Positions 23,935 through 44,200 of a stretch of 64,000 nt of DNA are shown here, in pieces. Each line of letters opens with the position of its first letter. The stretch's first letter is position 1. Made by a program: the position numbers and the translations under genes. This stretch comes from Chrysemys picta bellii (lineage: Eukaryota). The DNA lies in the NCBI RefSeq assembly GCF_011386835.1, contig NC_088802.1, positions 248,001-312,000 of the forward strand, given 5' to 3'. A model generated the notes under the pieces. The model saw only the letters and a program-made list of their open reading frames with translations. It made no database searches and was not told where the DNA came from.

Positions 23935-25283
23935 CACTGTAACTCCAAAGCAATGGGGGGGGTTAATAATAATAAAAGCGAAAATAACGGGGGGAGGGGC
24001 GTGCGGGGGGGAAGGGCCGAGCACAACGGGGGGCGCTGCTAAGGCAGGGCCCCCACCCGACACACCCCTACCCCCACAGCAACTCAAACAAAGTGTCCAA
24101 ACAGGGGTGCCCCCCAGACCCTGCAAACGGGGGGGGGGGGGGGGGGAGTGACATTCCTGCCACCCCCGATTCACCAGGGGTCTGAGCTCTGGCTCACAGC
24201 CACACACACACCCCGAGGCTGTAGGGCCTACAATAACCCACACCCACACCCCCCCGGGAGAGCTCACGGTCAGTGTGGATGGGGAGGCTGAAGTCTGGAC
24301 TCCGGAAGGGGGCGGGGGGGTCTGGTACCTGCTGCATAGTTTGAGGTGGGGGAGGGGCGCAGGGTGTCGATTCAAAGTGCTAACCGGGTGCCTGAGAAAT
24401 GGGGGTTGGGGGGGCGAGCAGGGCATAAACCCCCAAGCCCCCCACCAGGGACTGCCCCTCCCCCAGCAGAATGGCAGGGAGGCTTGGGGGTGGGAGTTGA
24501 GAACTAATGACAGACATGAGCTGCCCCCCCCCCAAGAGTGACCCCCCCCCAAACAGGGCAGGTAACAGCCCCCATGGGCCTGGGTGGGGGGCGATCAGCA
24601 CTGACACAGACCCCTCCCCCCCCCCCCCCCCCCCACCAACAGCACAGGAGTCACTCCACGCACACCCATTCCTCACAGGAGCACTCGAGGGGGATTTCGC
24701 CAGAAGACCCCCCCCAGACAGGGGAAGGGGACCATGCCAGGAACCCTTGAAGGGGGTGAAGCCAGAAGGTCCCCCCACAAGGTGAGGGGCTGGGCCAGGC
24801 TTCCCACGCCATGGGGGGTCCCACTGCCCTGCAGAGAGAAGGGGGAGATGGGGGATTATTTTACAGTGGGGAGTTTGGGGGGGCTCCTCTCACCCCCCTA
24901 CCTGAAATCTCTAGCTTTGCTCCCCCCGGTACACCAATACTGGGGTGCCACAGCACTGAGGGAGCCTCGGAGGTCAGCCCGGGGTACCTCCAGGGGGTGC
25001 CAGCAACTGGGGGAACGAGGTACACCCCATGGCCCACCCCGGGGAGCGGTCTGGGGCCACCCCAGCTCTAGGCAGGCACACAGAGTACACCCTAGGGGGC
25101 TCCCAAACCCAGGATGGGGAAAGGGGGAACACCCAGGGGGCCCCCCAACACGACAACTGACAACACTACCCCCAGGGCCTTCTCCTGGCAGCCCCCCAAA
25201 AAGAGTCCACAGCCCCCCAGTCCAGCGGTGGGTGCCGGGGAGCCGCCGCAGATTGCGCCGCTCTCGTGTGGCCTGCTGGGGGC

Positions 25284-33529
<8,246 letters not shown>

Positions 33530-33599
33530 CCCGGGGGTCCCCGCTCCGTGCCGGGGGGATCCGGGCCTCAGACCCCCCCGGGCTCCGGCCCGATCCAGG

Positions 33600-34353
33600 C
33601 TCCGCCACCGCCTCCTGCGGGAGCCGAGCGGACCCACAGTGCACCGCGGCCGGGCCCAGCCGACCCAGCATGCCCCGCGCGGGGGCCTCCCCGGCCCAGC
33701 ATGCACCGCGGCCGGCCGCAGTATACCCCGCGCGGGGAGGGGGGATTCCGGCCCATCATGCACCGCGCGAGGGCTCGTTCAGCCCATAATGCACCGTGGC
33801 CGAGCCTCTAAACCAGCCCACAATGCACCACTGACCAGCCACGAGAAGCCGCCCCCTCCGCCTTCCCGGCATGCAATGCTGTGAATCATAGAGACGGGAT
33901 TTGTTCCAGACAGTCACTGTGACGGCTGTATCTCGTGGACCCGGCTTTCCTCCACCCCACTTACACTAGAGACGGGAGGACATTCCAAACTGTCCCCTTT
34001 GGTTGCTACCAGACTGGCGGGGAGGTGAAAGCGCTCCGCCCTAAACAAAGATGGCGGCCGCTAGTCAGGCTTCACGCCGCCCCGCACAAAGATGGCGCCC
34101 CCATGGTAACTGTCTGGCTAAGTCTCGCCGCAGTCACCATCTTTGTGAGGGGCACACGGACGGCCTACTGCGGCCTCCATCTTTAAGAGGGGCGATGTTA
34201 AGATCTATGGTGGCCGCCATTTTTGTGAGGGGCACTGCCTGCTCGCGGGGGGAGGGGTGGACGGGTCTGGGGATTGTTCCCGCGAGATTTTGGAGGGGGA
34301 GGAGCCTGGCTGCCACGTCGGGTCTGAGCCGGAGCTAACGGATCCCAGTGACG
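33600..34353. promoter_or_regulatory. CpG-rich bidirectional promoter of RXRB and SLC39A7 with ZNF143/Staf and YY1 motif arrays
   Basis: Head-to-head genes. Seven CCCANNATGCACCGCG-type sites at 33633-33880 and five AAGATGGC/GCCATNTT-type sites at 34048-34223. Probable non-coding SLC39A7 exon ends at ACG|GTGAGA (34353). Confidence 0.8.
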
Positions 34354-34892
34354 GTGAGACCCCCCGGGGCATAGAGAGCAGGGAGGGGGCTAGAGGGGCC
34401 GCACGGCGCCCCGGGGCATAGAGCTGGGAAAGGGGGGCTAGAGGGGCCGCGTGGATCTGCGGTCAGGGAGCTGGGAGGACGAGGGGCCCCGTGGCCATAG
34501 AGAGGAAGGTGTTGGGGGCTAGAGCGCCCTTGGGTCGGGGGCTCGAGGGGCCCGGGGGTCACAGAGACAAGCCCAGGCTGGGGGGGCTGCGGGCCCTGGA
34601 CACGGCGGGGGGGTAGAAAGGCCTGGTGGGCTGGCATGGCAGGTAGATGGGGGCCACTGGGAGGTATAATGACCATAGAGATGCTAGGCAAGGGGGGCCA
34701 GAAAGGGCCGCACAGACCCTAGAGACTATGGGAAGCCCCGGGCGATAAATACGTGGGGGGCAGAAGGAGCCACTGTATGATCCTAGGCCTGGGCAAACAG
34801 CGTAGGCAGGGCCGTGGCGCTGGGAAGGAGGGCACTGCGGGGTCATAGAGATGGCAAAGAGCCGTAGAGGGGACAGGGAAGGGAGTCTAGAG

Positions 34893-35197
34893 CGGCAGTT
34901 CTCAACCAGGGGGTTCACGTACCCATGGGGGTACGCGGGGTCTTCCGGGGGTACATCAGCTCAGCTCGATACTTACCTAGCTTTACAACAGGCTGCATGA
35001 AAAGCAGCAGCTGAGTCAGTGCAGACTAAAATGTCACACAGCCGATAAGAAAGCCAGCCATGGTTCAGTAACCGTGGTGTAGTGTTATGTCTGGTTTTGT
35101 AAGCAGGTAGTTTTTAAGTGAGGTGAAACTTGGGGTACGCAAGACAAATCAGCCCCCTGAACGGGGTGCAGTCGTCTGGAAAGGCTAAGGGCCGCGG
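34893..35197. mobile_element. Old non-autonomous hAT (Charlie-like) DNA transposon in the SLC39A7 5' UTR intron
   Basis: Left end CGGCAGTTCTCAACC, degraded right end, and 8-bp TSD GTCTAGAG/GTATAGAG fitting the Charlie NTCTAGAN target. Confidence 0.6.
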
Positions 35198-35676
35198 GTA
35201 TAGAGCGTGTACTACGTGAGTCCTAGTGATTGGGAGAAGGATCTTGCAGGGGTTCTTCGAGAGCGGCGTTTCTCACTCTTTCTGATACCCGGGTTGCTGC
35301 CCTTCCAACCTGTGTCAGGGAGATCTCTGAGACGGCGCCGGTCCCCAGACCGGTCGTTGAGAAACGCTGTTCTAGACCCTCCTCTTGTGATCCCCATGAC
35401 CCAGCAGTGCCGCTCTAGACACTCCTCTCCATCACTATGGCCCCGCAGTGCTAGATCTGCTTTGGGTAGTTATGGTCGTGCAGGCTCTAGACTCTGCTGT
35501 GCCGCTATGATTTTACACTGGCCTCTCTAGAATTTCTTCCACTTTTCTGTGGCCTCTCTACCTCTGCTGGAGGGAACGGGGACTAGAGCGAGGGGATGTG
35601 TGAGTGTGACAGGAAAGGTCGTGGTGTGACAGGAAAGGTCGTGCTCACACTCCCGCTTTCCAGCCGTGACAGCAGG

Positions 35677-38600
35677 ATGGTGGTGCCTGGACGGACGCAG
35701 GGCAGAGCGGGACTCTATGGCCCAGTCGCCGCCATGATGGTCTGTGCAGCGCTGATACAGATTACTTCTTCGCACGAAGATCTGCACCACGGGCATTCGC
35801 ACGAGGATCTGCACCATGGGCACAGCCACGCTGGGCACAGCCACGAGGATCTGCACCATGGGCATTTGCACGAGGATCTGCACCATGGGCACAGCCACGA
35901 GGATCTGTACCATGGGCATTCGCACAAGGATCTGCACCACGGGCACAGCCATGCTGGGCACAGCCACGAGGATCTGCATCATGGGCATAGCCATGCTCAC
36001 CACAGCCACTCGCATGGGGACTTCCACGGCCATGGGCATTCGCATGAGGACTTCCACGGCCCCAGCGAGGCCGACTTTAGCCACCAGCCCAAGGAGGTCC
36101 GTGTTCCGCACTCGGCTGAGGGGTCCCCAAGCCACCAGCAGTTGCCTGGGAAGGAGAGGCAGGACTTGGTCAAGCTATGGACACACGTGAGTTCCCGTGT
36201 CGAACGTGGAGGTGCTGCCTTGCACGTGCTTGCACTGGCGTAACCCCCTGACAGTCTCTCTCCTCCCCCCCTCCCCGTAACCTCTGCAGGCCATCGGGGC
36301 CACCTTGCTGATCAGCGCCGCCCCCTACTTCATCCTCTTCCTCATCCCCGTGGAGTCCAACACTTCCCAGCACCACGCCCTGCTCCGGCTACTGCTCAGC
36401 TTTGCCTCGGGGGGACTCCTGGGGGACGCCTTCCTGCACCTCATCCCCCACGCGCTGGGTGAGCAGCACACAGATGGACTGGGACACGGGGCCTCTCCCC
36501 TCTCAGGGTCCTAGCTCCAGTCCGGCCTGGGGCAGGGGGACTGGCTGGCTCGGGGGCAGGAAATGGGATACGGGGTGTTCCTCTCTTGGGAGGTACCTGG
36601 GGTGCGGCCGATCTGGCTCAGGGGGCAGGGAATGGGCCCTGGGGCCTCTTCCTTCTTGGGGGTCTGGTTACTCATCTCTGCCCCTTTCCCTCCCCAGTGC
36701 CCCATTCCCACCACGCAGAGGGCGGCCATGCCCATTCTCACTCCCCCACGGTGTCGGCTGGCCACGGTCACTCCCACCAAGGTGAGGCCGGGGGAAGTGG
36801 GGGCAGTGGGTGGGGGAGGGAAGGCCAGACAGACCAGGGAAAGGGGGCTGTGGTTGGAGGCTTGTGTGGGGCAGCGTGCAGGGGGGCCCAGAAGGGCTAG
36901 GGTTTCTACGGAGAGCTGGAGTGGCTCATGTCTGTGACTGGGACAGGGGATGGGGGTAATGGCTATAGGGGAGGTGTAGTGTGGGGCAGGTTCGTGGGTT
37001 AGCACTCTTTCCCCCCACCCTGGCAAGTGATGGCGGTGGGACTCTGGTCCTGGGAGGGGGCTGTACTGTGGTGGGGGAAGGGGGGCTGGCAGTCTCTTTC
37101 CCAGCCTGCCCCCATCATCTCTGCCCCCCAGGGCAGGATCACCAGCGGATGATGGCTGTGGGGCTCTGGGTCCTGGCTGGCATCGTAGCTTTCCTGGTGG
37201 TGGAAAAGTTTGTGAGACATGTGAAAGGGGGACATGGCCACGGGCACAGCCACGGCGGACACAGCCATGGTACGTACCACACGGGACACACACACACACC
37301 ATGGTTCCCCCAGCCACGGGCACAGCTGGACCCCCCCACACACACACACGCATGTCCACCCGCCCCCATGGATCTCCCAGCCTTGGGCACAGCCATGGTA
37401 CGTACCGTCCAGGACCTCCCCTCCCCATGTCCCCCCAGATCCCCTCCCCACATCCCAAACCACACACCCCCCAGATCCCCTACCCATCAGCAGAGCCACG
37501 GTGGCACAGCCACGGTACGTACCAGCTGGAACACCCTCCCCCATCTCCAGCACCCCCGGGAGCTCCGTCTGTTTCGCTGAACCAGGAGAAGGCGAAGGGG
37601 TGACGTGATCCCAGTCTCCATCCTGCCGGGCTCCCCGGTCTAGCCCAGGAAGGTCTAACGCCATCCACCGGCTGGGGAATGAACCAGTGGAACCATTTCC
37701 CAGGGTCCTGGCAGATTCTCCACCCAGCCGTATTTAACTCACGGTTGGCTGGTTCTCTCCTAGATCGGCTCTGGGGATTATCATGGGGCAGGTCTCTGGC
37801 CTATGCTGTACAGGGGGTCAGACCAGTCCCTTCTGGCCTGGAATCCATGGATTGGAGTGGGCTTGGAAAGGGGGGGCCCATATAAGGGCCCTGACGGTCT
37901 GCAGGTGACCCTAGGGATCAGTGGGAGGGGTGCTGGTGGTCCTGGACCCACATGAGTCCCCCTCCTGTCCATGGGCGGGCTCCCGGGAGAGGGACTCGAG
38001 CAGTCAGCCCTGACCCCACACCTAGCCCCTGGTCCACCCACAGCTCCCAAGGCGAAAAGCAGTTCTGGCGAGGAGGACAATGGGCCCCAGGAGAGGAAGG
38101 CCGGCAAGGCGCGTGCCCCTGACAAGGCAGCCCCCAAGAAGAGGGGCCAGGAGTCAGAGGAGCGGACTCAGGAGTCCAGTAAGTCGTTGGGGGTGGGGGG
38201 TGCTGGAGGGAGGGAGCTGGGTCTGTGGGGGGGCACCATGGCACAGAGAGCATCTGGGGAAGGATAAGGGAGGGGTGTGGGGGAGAGGGTTTGAGGGGGG
38301 CTGTGATCAGGTTGGGGGGGTTTCAACTCTTGTCGCCCTGCCCCCAGCAATGAAGGTCTCTGGGTACCTGAACCTGGCGGCCGACCTGACGCACAACTTC
38401 ACAGACGGGCTGGCGATCGGGGCGTCGTTCCTGGCGGGGGCCGGGGTGGGGGCCGTCACCACCCTCACCGTGCTGCTGCACGAGGTGCCTCACGAAGTGG
38501 GCGACTTCGCCATTCTCGTCCAGTCGGGCTGCAGCAAACGCAAGGTACAGCCCCTGCTGCCCCCAACCCCCTTGCTAAACCCACCCGGACCCCCCGCTGC

Positions 38601-39097
38601 TGCCTGTCCCCGCCCTGGGACCCCTGCTGTCCCCGCCCCCTTGCTAACCCTGCCCCAGACACCCACTGCTGCCTGCCCCCGCCCCTATATTCCCCTACTC
38701 ACCCTGCCCCAGAACTCCTGCTAAGGCCTGCCCCCGCTCCCCTGTATTCTCCTGCTGACCCTGCCCAAACCCCACTTGCCCCCCAGTCCCACCAAACCCC
38801 ATAGCCCTCCACTGACACCCCCTGGTCCCTCTCTCTCCCCCGCAGGCGATGAAGCTGCAACTGCTGACGGCGCTGGGCGCCCTGGCGGGCACGGCCTGCT
38901 CACTGCTGGCCGAGGGCATCGGGGAGGCGGCCACGGCCTGGATCCTGCCCTTCACGGCGGGCGGGTTCATCTACGTGGGCACCGTGTCGGTGATCCCAGA
39001 GCTGCTGCGGGACGCGGCGCCCCTGCAGTCCCTGCTGGAGGTGCTGGGGCTGGTCTGCGGCGTCGCCATGATGGTGCTCATCGCGCACTACGAGTAG
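35677..39097 (+). CDS. SLC39A7: Zinc transporter ZIP7 (HKE4), 494 aa
   Basis: Exons 35677-36186, 36290-36458, 36698-36781, 37132-37269, 38044-38178, 38348-38544, 38846-39097. His-rich N-terminus plus HNFTDG and [14 protein letters not shown] (LIV-1) motifs. ATG in strong context just after an acceptor at 35663. Confidence 0.97.
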
Positions 39098-40659
39098 CAG
39101 GCCCAGCGGGGGCGCCTGGGGGGCAGTGGCGCGTGGACCCAGGCATCCGGGGTGGGACTCCGTGTGGACTCCAGGGGTGGGGGGTGTGGTGGACCCTGGC
39201 ATCCAGGACACGGGGGGGGGGGGGAGCGGGGGCCAACTCTGCATGGACCCAGGTGTCCAGGGTGGGGGGTGCTATGTGGGCTGTGGAGGCGGAAGCCACA
39301 TGAATCCTGGTGACCAGGGTGGAGGACCTGCGCCCTCCCACATCCCAGATGCTGGGTCCATCCAGAGCTTCCCCCCGGGGCGGGGGTGCTGCGTGAGCCC
39401 TGGGGGGCAGGGAGGATGCAGTGTTGTGCCGTGGGGAGGGGGTGGGACGGACACTGGTGTCCAGGTGCTGACACTCACTCTGGGATTGGGTGGTGGCGTG
39501 GACCCCGGTAGTGGGGCTGGCGCAGTGCAGGCTCCGGGGCTGGGTGAGACCTCGGGCAGGCACCATACAGACTGCAGGGGTGTGAGGTGCCCTGTAGATA
39601 CAGACACCTCTGCTGGGGGGAGGGGGGCAGCCGCACAGCCCCAGCAGCCAGGGATAGAGGATGGCCCAGACACCGCCGTGGGCGGAATCTCATTGGCCCG
39701 GCCTCCGGGGGCATCATCTGACTTCCAGCTGAACAGGGGGGTGCGAATGTGGGGCAGGGGAGATAATGTGCTGCTGCTTGATTTGTTTTCTGGAGGGTCC
39801 AAAACCAAGTCCGTCCCCACCTCCCTGGCCTGTGTCCCCCCTAGGAGTGAAATGGGGGGCAGCCGGGCCGCCCCTTCCTTTGGAAGGGGGAGCTTATGGA
39901 AGTGAATCCTCCAGGCCACATCATGGGTTGGTTTGGAGAAGATGGGGAGAAAAGCCCTGCCCTCTGGACCACATGGGGGCTACATGGGGGGGTTACCCAG
40001 ATCCTTTGCTTCTTGGACCAGGTTTTATTGGGCAGATTAACCAGAATTCTCTCCCACAACACACCCTGTGTGACCCAAAGCAGCTATCCAGGCTAGTTCC
40101 ATATGGGGCGGCTGCCCTGACCCCCCCACCACACTGGGGACCAAAGGGACGCGGAGCGGGGCTAATCAAGACACTGCTAGGCAACAATGCCCTGACAGAG
40201 GTTATTTTGGAGGGGACTGGGGGTGATTCTGGGGTGCAGGGGCTTTGGTGATGGAGGGGACAAGCAGAGCCAGTCATCTGGGGCTGCTGGGGGAAGCGGG
40301 GGGGATTGCATGCGGACCTGGGGGAATTAGCACGAACTGCAGGTTCAAGGGGTACCATGCGGACCCAGGCATCCGGGGCCGGAAGGTGAATCACAAGCAC
40401 GCAGCTCGATGGTGTCCCTATTGAATGGTATGTCCTGGGGGAGGGCTGTTAATTGGGGTGACTTTGGAACGTGGTGGGTGCGGGGTCAATTACTCCCCTG
40501 GGGGGGCAGGAAAGGTTTTATAAGGGGGGGTATATTTTTGTATATGATTTTGCTTTTGTATGGGTGGGCTGGGGAGTGGGGGCCAGGAGGGGATGGGGTG
40601 GGGCCATGCAGGACGACTATGTGGATGATTGTCGCAAAAATTGTGTCATTAATTAACGA

Positions 40660-40665
40660 ATTAAA
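40660..40665 (+). terminator. Candidate SLC39A7 poly(A) signal ATTAAA
   Basis: Preceded by U-rich UTR (40530-40562) and followed by GU-rich sequence. Confidence 0.6.
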
Positions 40666-40751
40666 CAATGATCTGAGGCGCTGTTGGTGCGAAGTCTGTA
40701 TGTACTGGAGAGAGGGGCGGCAGTACCCCGTGGACAGCAGGGGGCATGGAG

Positions 40752-40875
40752 TAGGGTGACCAGTCAGCAACTGTGAAAAATCGGGACAGAGGGTGGGGGT
40801 AATAGGAGCCTATATTAGAAAAAAGACCCCAAGATCGGGACTGTCCCTATAAAATCGGGACATCTGGTCACCCTA
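40752..40875. mobile_element. hAT MITE, 124 bp
   Basis: Perfect 12-bp TIRs TAGGGTGACCAG / CTGGTCACCCTA and a perfect 8-bp TSD GCATGGAG (40744-40751, 40876-40883). Confidence 0.93.
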
Positions 40876-41230
40876 GCATGGAGTGACCCCTTCACTGCCT
40901 GCTTCATCAGGGTCTGGTCCTGGCTCCCATCCCCCGAGCAGGGAGAGAACCCAGGAGTCCTGGCTCCCAATCCGCCCCCGCGGGGGTGAGAACCCAGGAG
41001 TCCTGGCTCCCAACCCCCGAGCAGGGAGAGAACCCAGGAGTCCTGGCTCCCAGCGTGCGCCCCCCGCCCCCAGAGAACCCAGGGGTCCTGCATCCCCCTC
41101 CCGCCTGCCCCCCCGCACCCCGATTCTGGGCCGGGAGGACTCTGACCATAGAGTTCCCGCCTAGCGCTGCCGTCCGTGGGGCCCGCCCCCGCTCTATGGT
41201 CCCCGCGCCGCCCCCCCCCCCCCCACTGTC

Positions 41231-44200
41231 ATGGCGGCCCCGCTGCGGCTCCGCTCCACGCTGGCCCTGGTGACAGGTGCCCCCAGCAGGGGGCGCTCGG
41301 GGGCGGGGCCTGACCCCCCCCCCGGGGATCCAGCCCCCCTCCCCCATCCAGCATTTGAGGGGCTGGGGCAGGTTCCGGGGGGGCACTTGGGGGGGGGCTG
41401 TGTGGGGGGGCCCCCGAGGCGGGGGGGGGCAGGGGGCATTTGGGGGTTCTTGAGGAGTCCCTGAGGCTGGGGGAGGTTCGTGGGGGGGCTCGGTGGGGGG
41501 GTGTTTCTGGGTCCCCCCCCCCCCGTCTCTGACGCTGGTCCCCCCATGGCAGGCGGGGGCAGCGGGATTGGTACAGGTATCTGCCCGGGGGGGGGTTTCT
41601 GGGGGTCCCTAGAGGGGTTCTGGGTCCCCCCCACCCCCATCTCTGACGCTGGTCCCCCCATGGCAGGCAGGGGCAGCGGGATTGGTACAAGTATCTGCCG
41701 GGGGGGTTCCGGGGGTCCCTAGAGGGGTTCTGGGTCCCCCCCCATCTCTGACCCTGGTCCCCCCATGGCAGGCAGGGGCAGCGGGATTGGTACAGGTATC
41801 CGCCTGGGGGGGGTTTCTGGGGGTCCCTAGAGGGGATCTGGGTCCCCCCCCATCTCTGACGCTGGTCCCCCCATGGGCAGGCGGGGGCAGCGGCATTGGC
41901 CGCGCTGTCTGTGCCCGGCTGGCCGAGGAGGGGGCGCTGGTGGCCGTGGCCGACCAGAATGAAGCGGGGGCTGCGGAGACAGTGCGGGGGCTGCCACGGG
42001 GGGAGCCCGGCCAGGAGCATGAGGCGTTCGGGGTGGACGTCAGCTCAGCCCAGAGCGTGGGGGAGCTCATGGCTCGGATCCAGGTAACGGGGCTGGAGAG
42101 AACCCAGGAGTCTGGGCTCCCCCCACTGTAACCAATGGATTCCTCTCCCCTCCAGAGGACCCAGGAGTCCTGGCTGCCGCCCCATCACTCTAACCACTAG
42201 GCCCCACTGCCCTCCCTGGGAACCCAGGTGTCCTGACACCCCTCCTGGCCTCCGGGAGAACCAGGCTCCCTGATCCCGCCCCCCACCCCACTCTAAGCAC
42301 AAGCCCCCACTGGTGTCCGGGAGAACCCAGGCCCGCTGACCCCTTCCCCCGCCCACTCTAAGCACAAGCCCCCACTGGCCTCAGGAGAACCCAGGCCCCC
42401 TGATCCCCCCCCCCCACTCTAAGCACAAGCCCCCACTGGCCTCAGGAGAACCCAGGCTCCCTGATCCCCCCGCCACACTCTAAGCACAAGCCCCCACTGG
42501 CCTCGGGAGAACCCAGGCCTCCTGACCCCCTGCTGTCCCCAGGCCCGGTTCTCCGCCCCGCCCCGGGTCTGCGTGAGCTGCGCCGGAATCACCATGGACG
42601 AGTTCCTGCTCAAGCAGACAGAGGCAGCGTTCGACAAGGTGCTCCAAGTCAACCTCAAGGTACGGGGTCTCCAGATGGGGGCAGGGCAGGGCCCCCCCAG
42701 CTGGCCCCCCCCCCCCAGGCTAACCTGGTCCCCCTCTCCCCAGGGAACCTTCCTGGTCACCCAGGCTGTGGCGCGTGGGCTGGTGGAGAGCGGAGCCCCA
42801 GGGGGGTCCATCATCAACATGGGCAGCATCGTGGGCAAGGTGAGAGCTGCGAGCTTCCTCGGAGCAGTGTCCTGGGGGGGATAGTGGGGGCTGTGAGCTT
42901 CCTCAGGACAGTGTCCTGGCGGGATAATAGGAGCTGTGAACTTCCCTAGAGCAGTGCTATGGGGGGATAATAGGGGCTGTCAGCTTCCCTGGAGCAGTGC
43001 CCTGTACTCACATGTCCCTCTCCCTGACAGGTGGGGAACCTGGGGCAGGTGAGCTACGCAGCATCCAAGGCTGGCGTGGAGGGGCTGACCAAGACCGCTG
43101 CCAAAGAGCTGGCCAGGTGGGGCTGGGGGGGGACTGCAGGGTGGCAAGGGGGCAGGCTGAAGTGAGGAGGGCGGGGCAGGCTGAGGGGGAGGACTGCAGG
43201 GCAAGGGGGCAGGCTGCGGGGTGGGCTGGGAAGGCTGTGGGTACAGGCTGGGCAGTGCAGCTGGGGGGCAGGCCGAGGAGGCCTGGGAAAAGTAGGGCAA
43301 ATCATGGGCAGGGGGGCAGGGGGATGATGTGGGGGGCTATTCTGGGAAGATGGGGGGCTGGAGCTTAGGCTGGGGTGGAGGTTTGGGAGACATAGTTGGG
43401 GGCAGCTGGCGGTTGGGGGGAAGCAGGTCAGGGGGAGCTGTGGTGACCAGGCAGGGGGGCTGCCCTCTCCCTCATGGTCCCCCCCAGGTTCGGGATCCGC
43501 TGTAACGTGGTGCTTCCCGGGTTCATCGCCACCCCCATGACGGACAAGGTGCCTCCCAAAGTGCTGCAGAAGGTAACACCGGAGGGTCTGGGCCCCGTAA
43601 CTCCCCCGCCCCCTCCCTTCAGAGAACCTGCCCTGTATTACCCTGAGCCCCACAACCCCCTCTGCCTCGTATCTGCCTCCCCCTGAGCCTCACAACCCCT
43701 CTCTGCCCCATATCTACCCACCCCACAACCCCCCTGCCCCATGTTCCCCTCAGCCCCATAGTGCCCCTCTACCCCGTTATCCACATGCCCAGCCCACGTT
43801 TCCCTCTGAAGAACCTGCCCCATATTCCCCCATCACCCTGGCCCCCTCAGCCCCCTCTGTTCCATACTTCCCCCAGTGCACTCCTCCCCACGGAGCCCGA
43901 CAATCCCTCAGCACCCCTTATTCCTGCCCAGTACCCCCCATTGCTCCACAACCTAGGGGATGGGGGATATTGGGGCTGTGAGCTTCCTCAGAGCAGTGCC
44001 CTGGACGGAGCTATGAGCTTCCTCGGAGTGGTGCATGGGGCGGGGGAGTGGGGGCACTATCTCCCCTGAGGCACCCAGCCCATAACCCTTTATTACCCCC
44101 TCCCCCCTGCAACTCCTCTCCTTCCCCTGCAGATCCGTGCCCTGCCCCCTGGTTCCCCCCCTTTCCCCTGGGGTGCAGGGGGGCTCCATGCTCACCAGCC

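Noticed and set aside
23971-23976. AATAAA on + strand
   Set aside because: No + strand gene ends here; it is the U-rich RXRB 3' UTR read on the opposite strand.
33625-33645. VHCG peptide resembling human RXRB MHCG
   Set aside because: It is out of frame with the RXRB CDS and is explained by the ZNF143 motif sequence itself.
35596-35676. Upstream start of the SLC39A7 ORF given in the track
   Set aside because: It is a non-AUG start lying upstream of the acceptor at 35663; the ATG at 35677 has strong context and precedes the signal-like segment.
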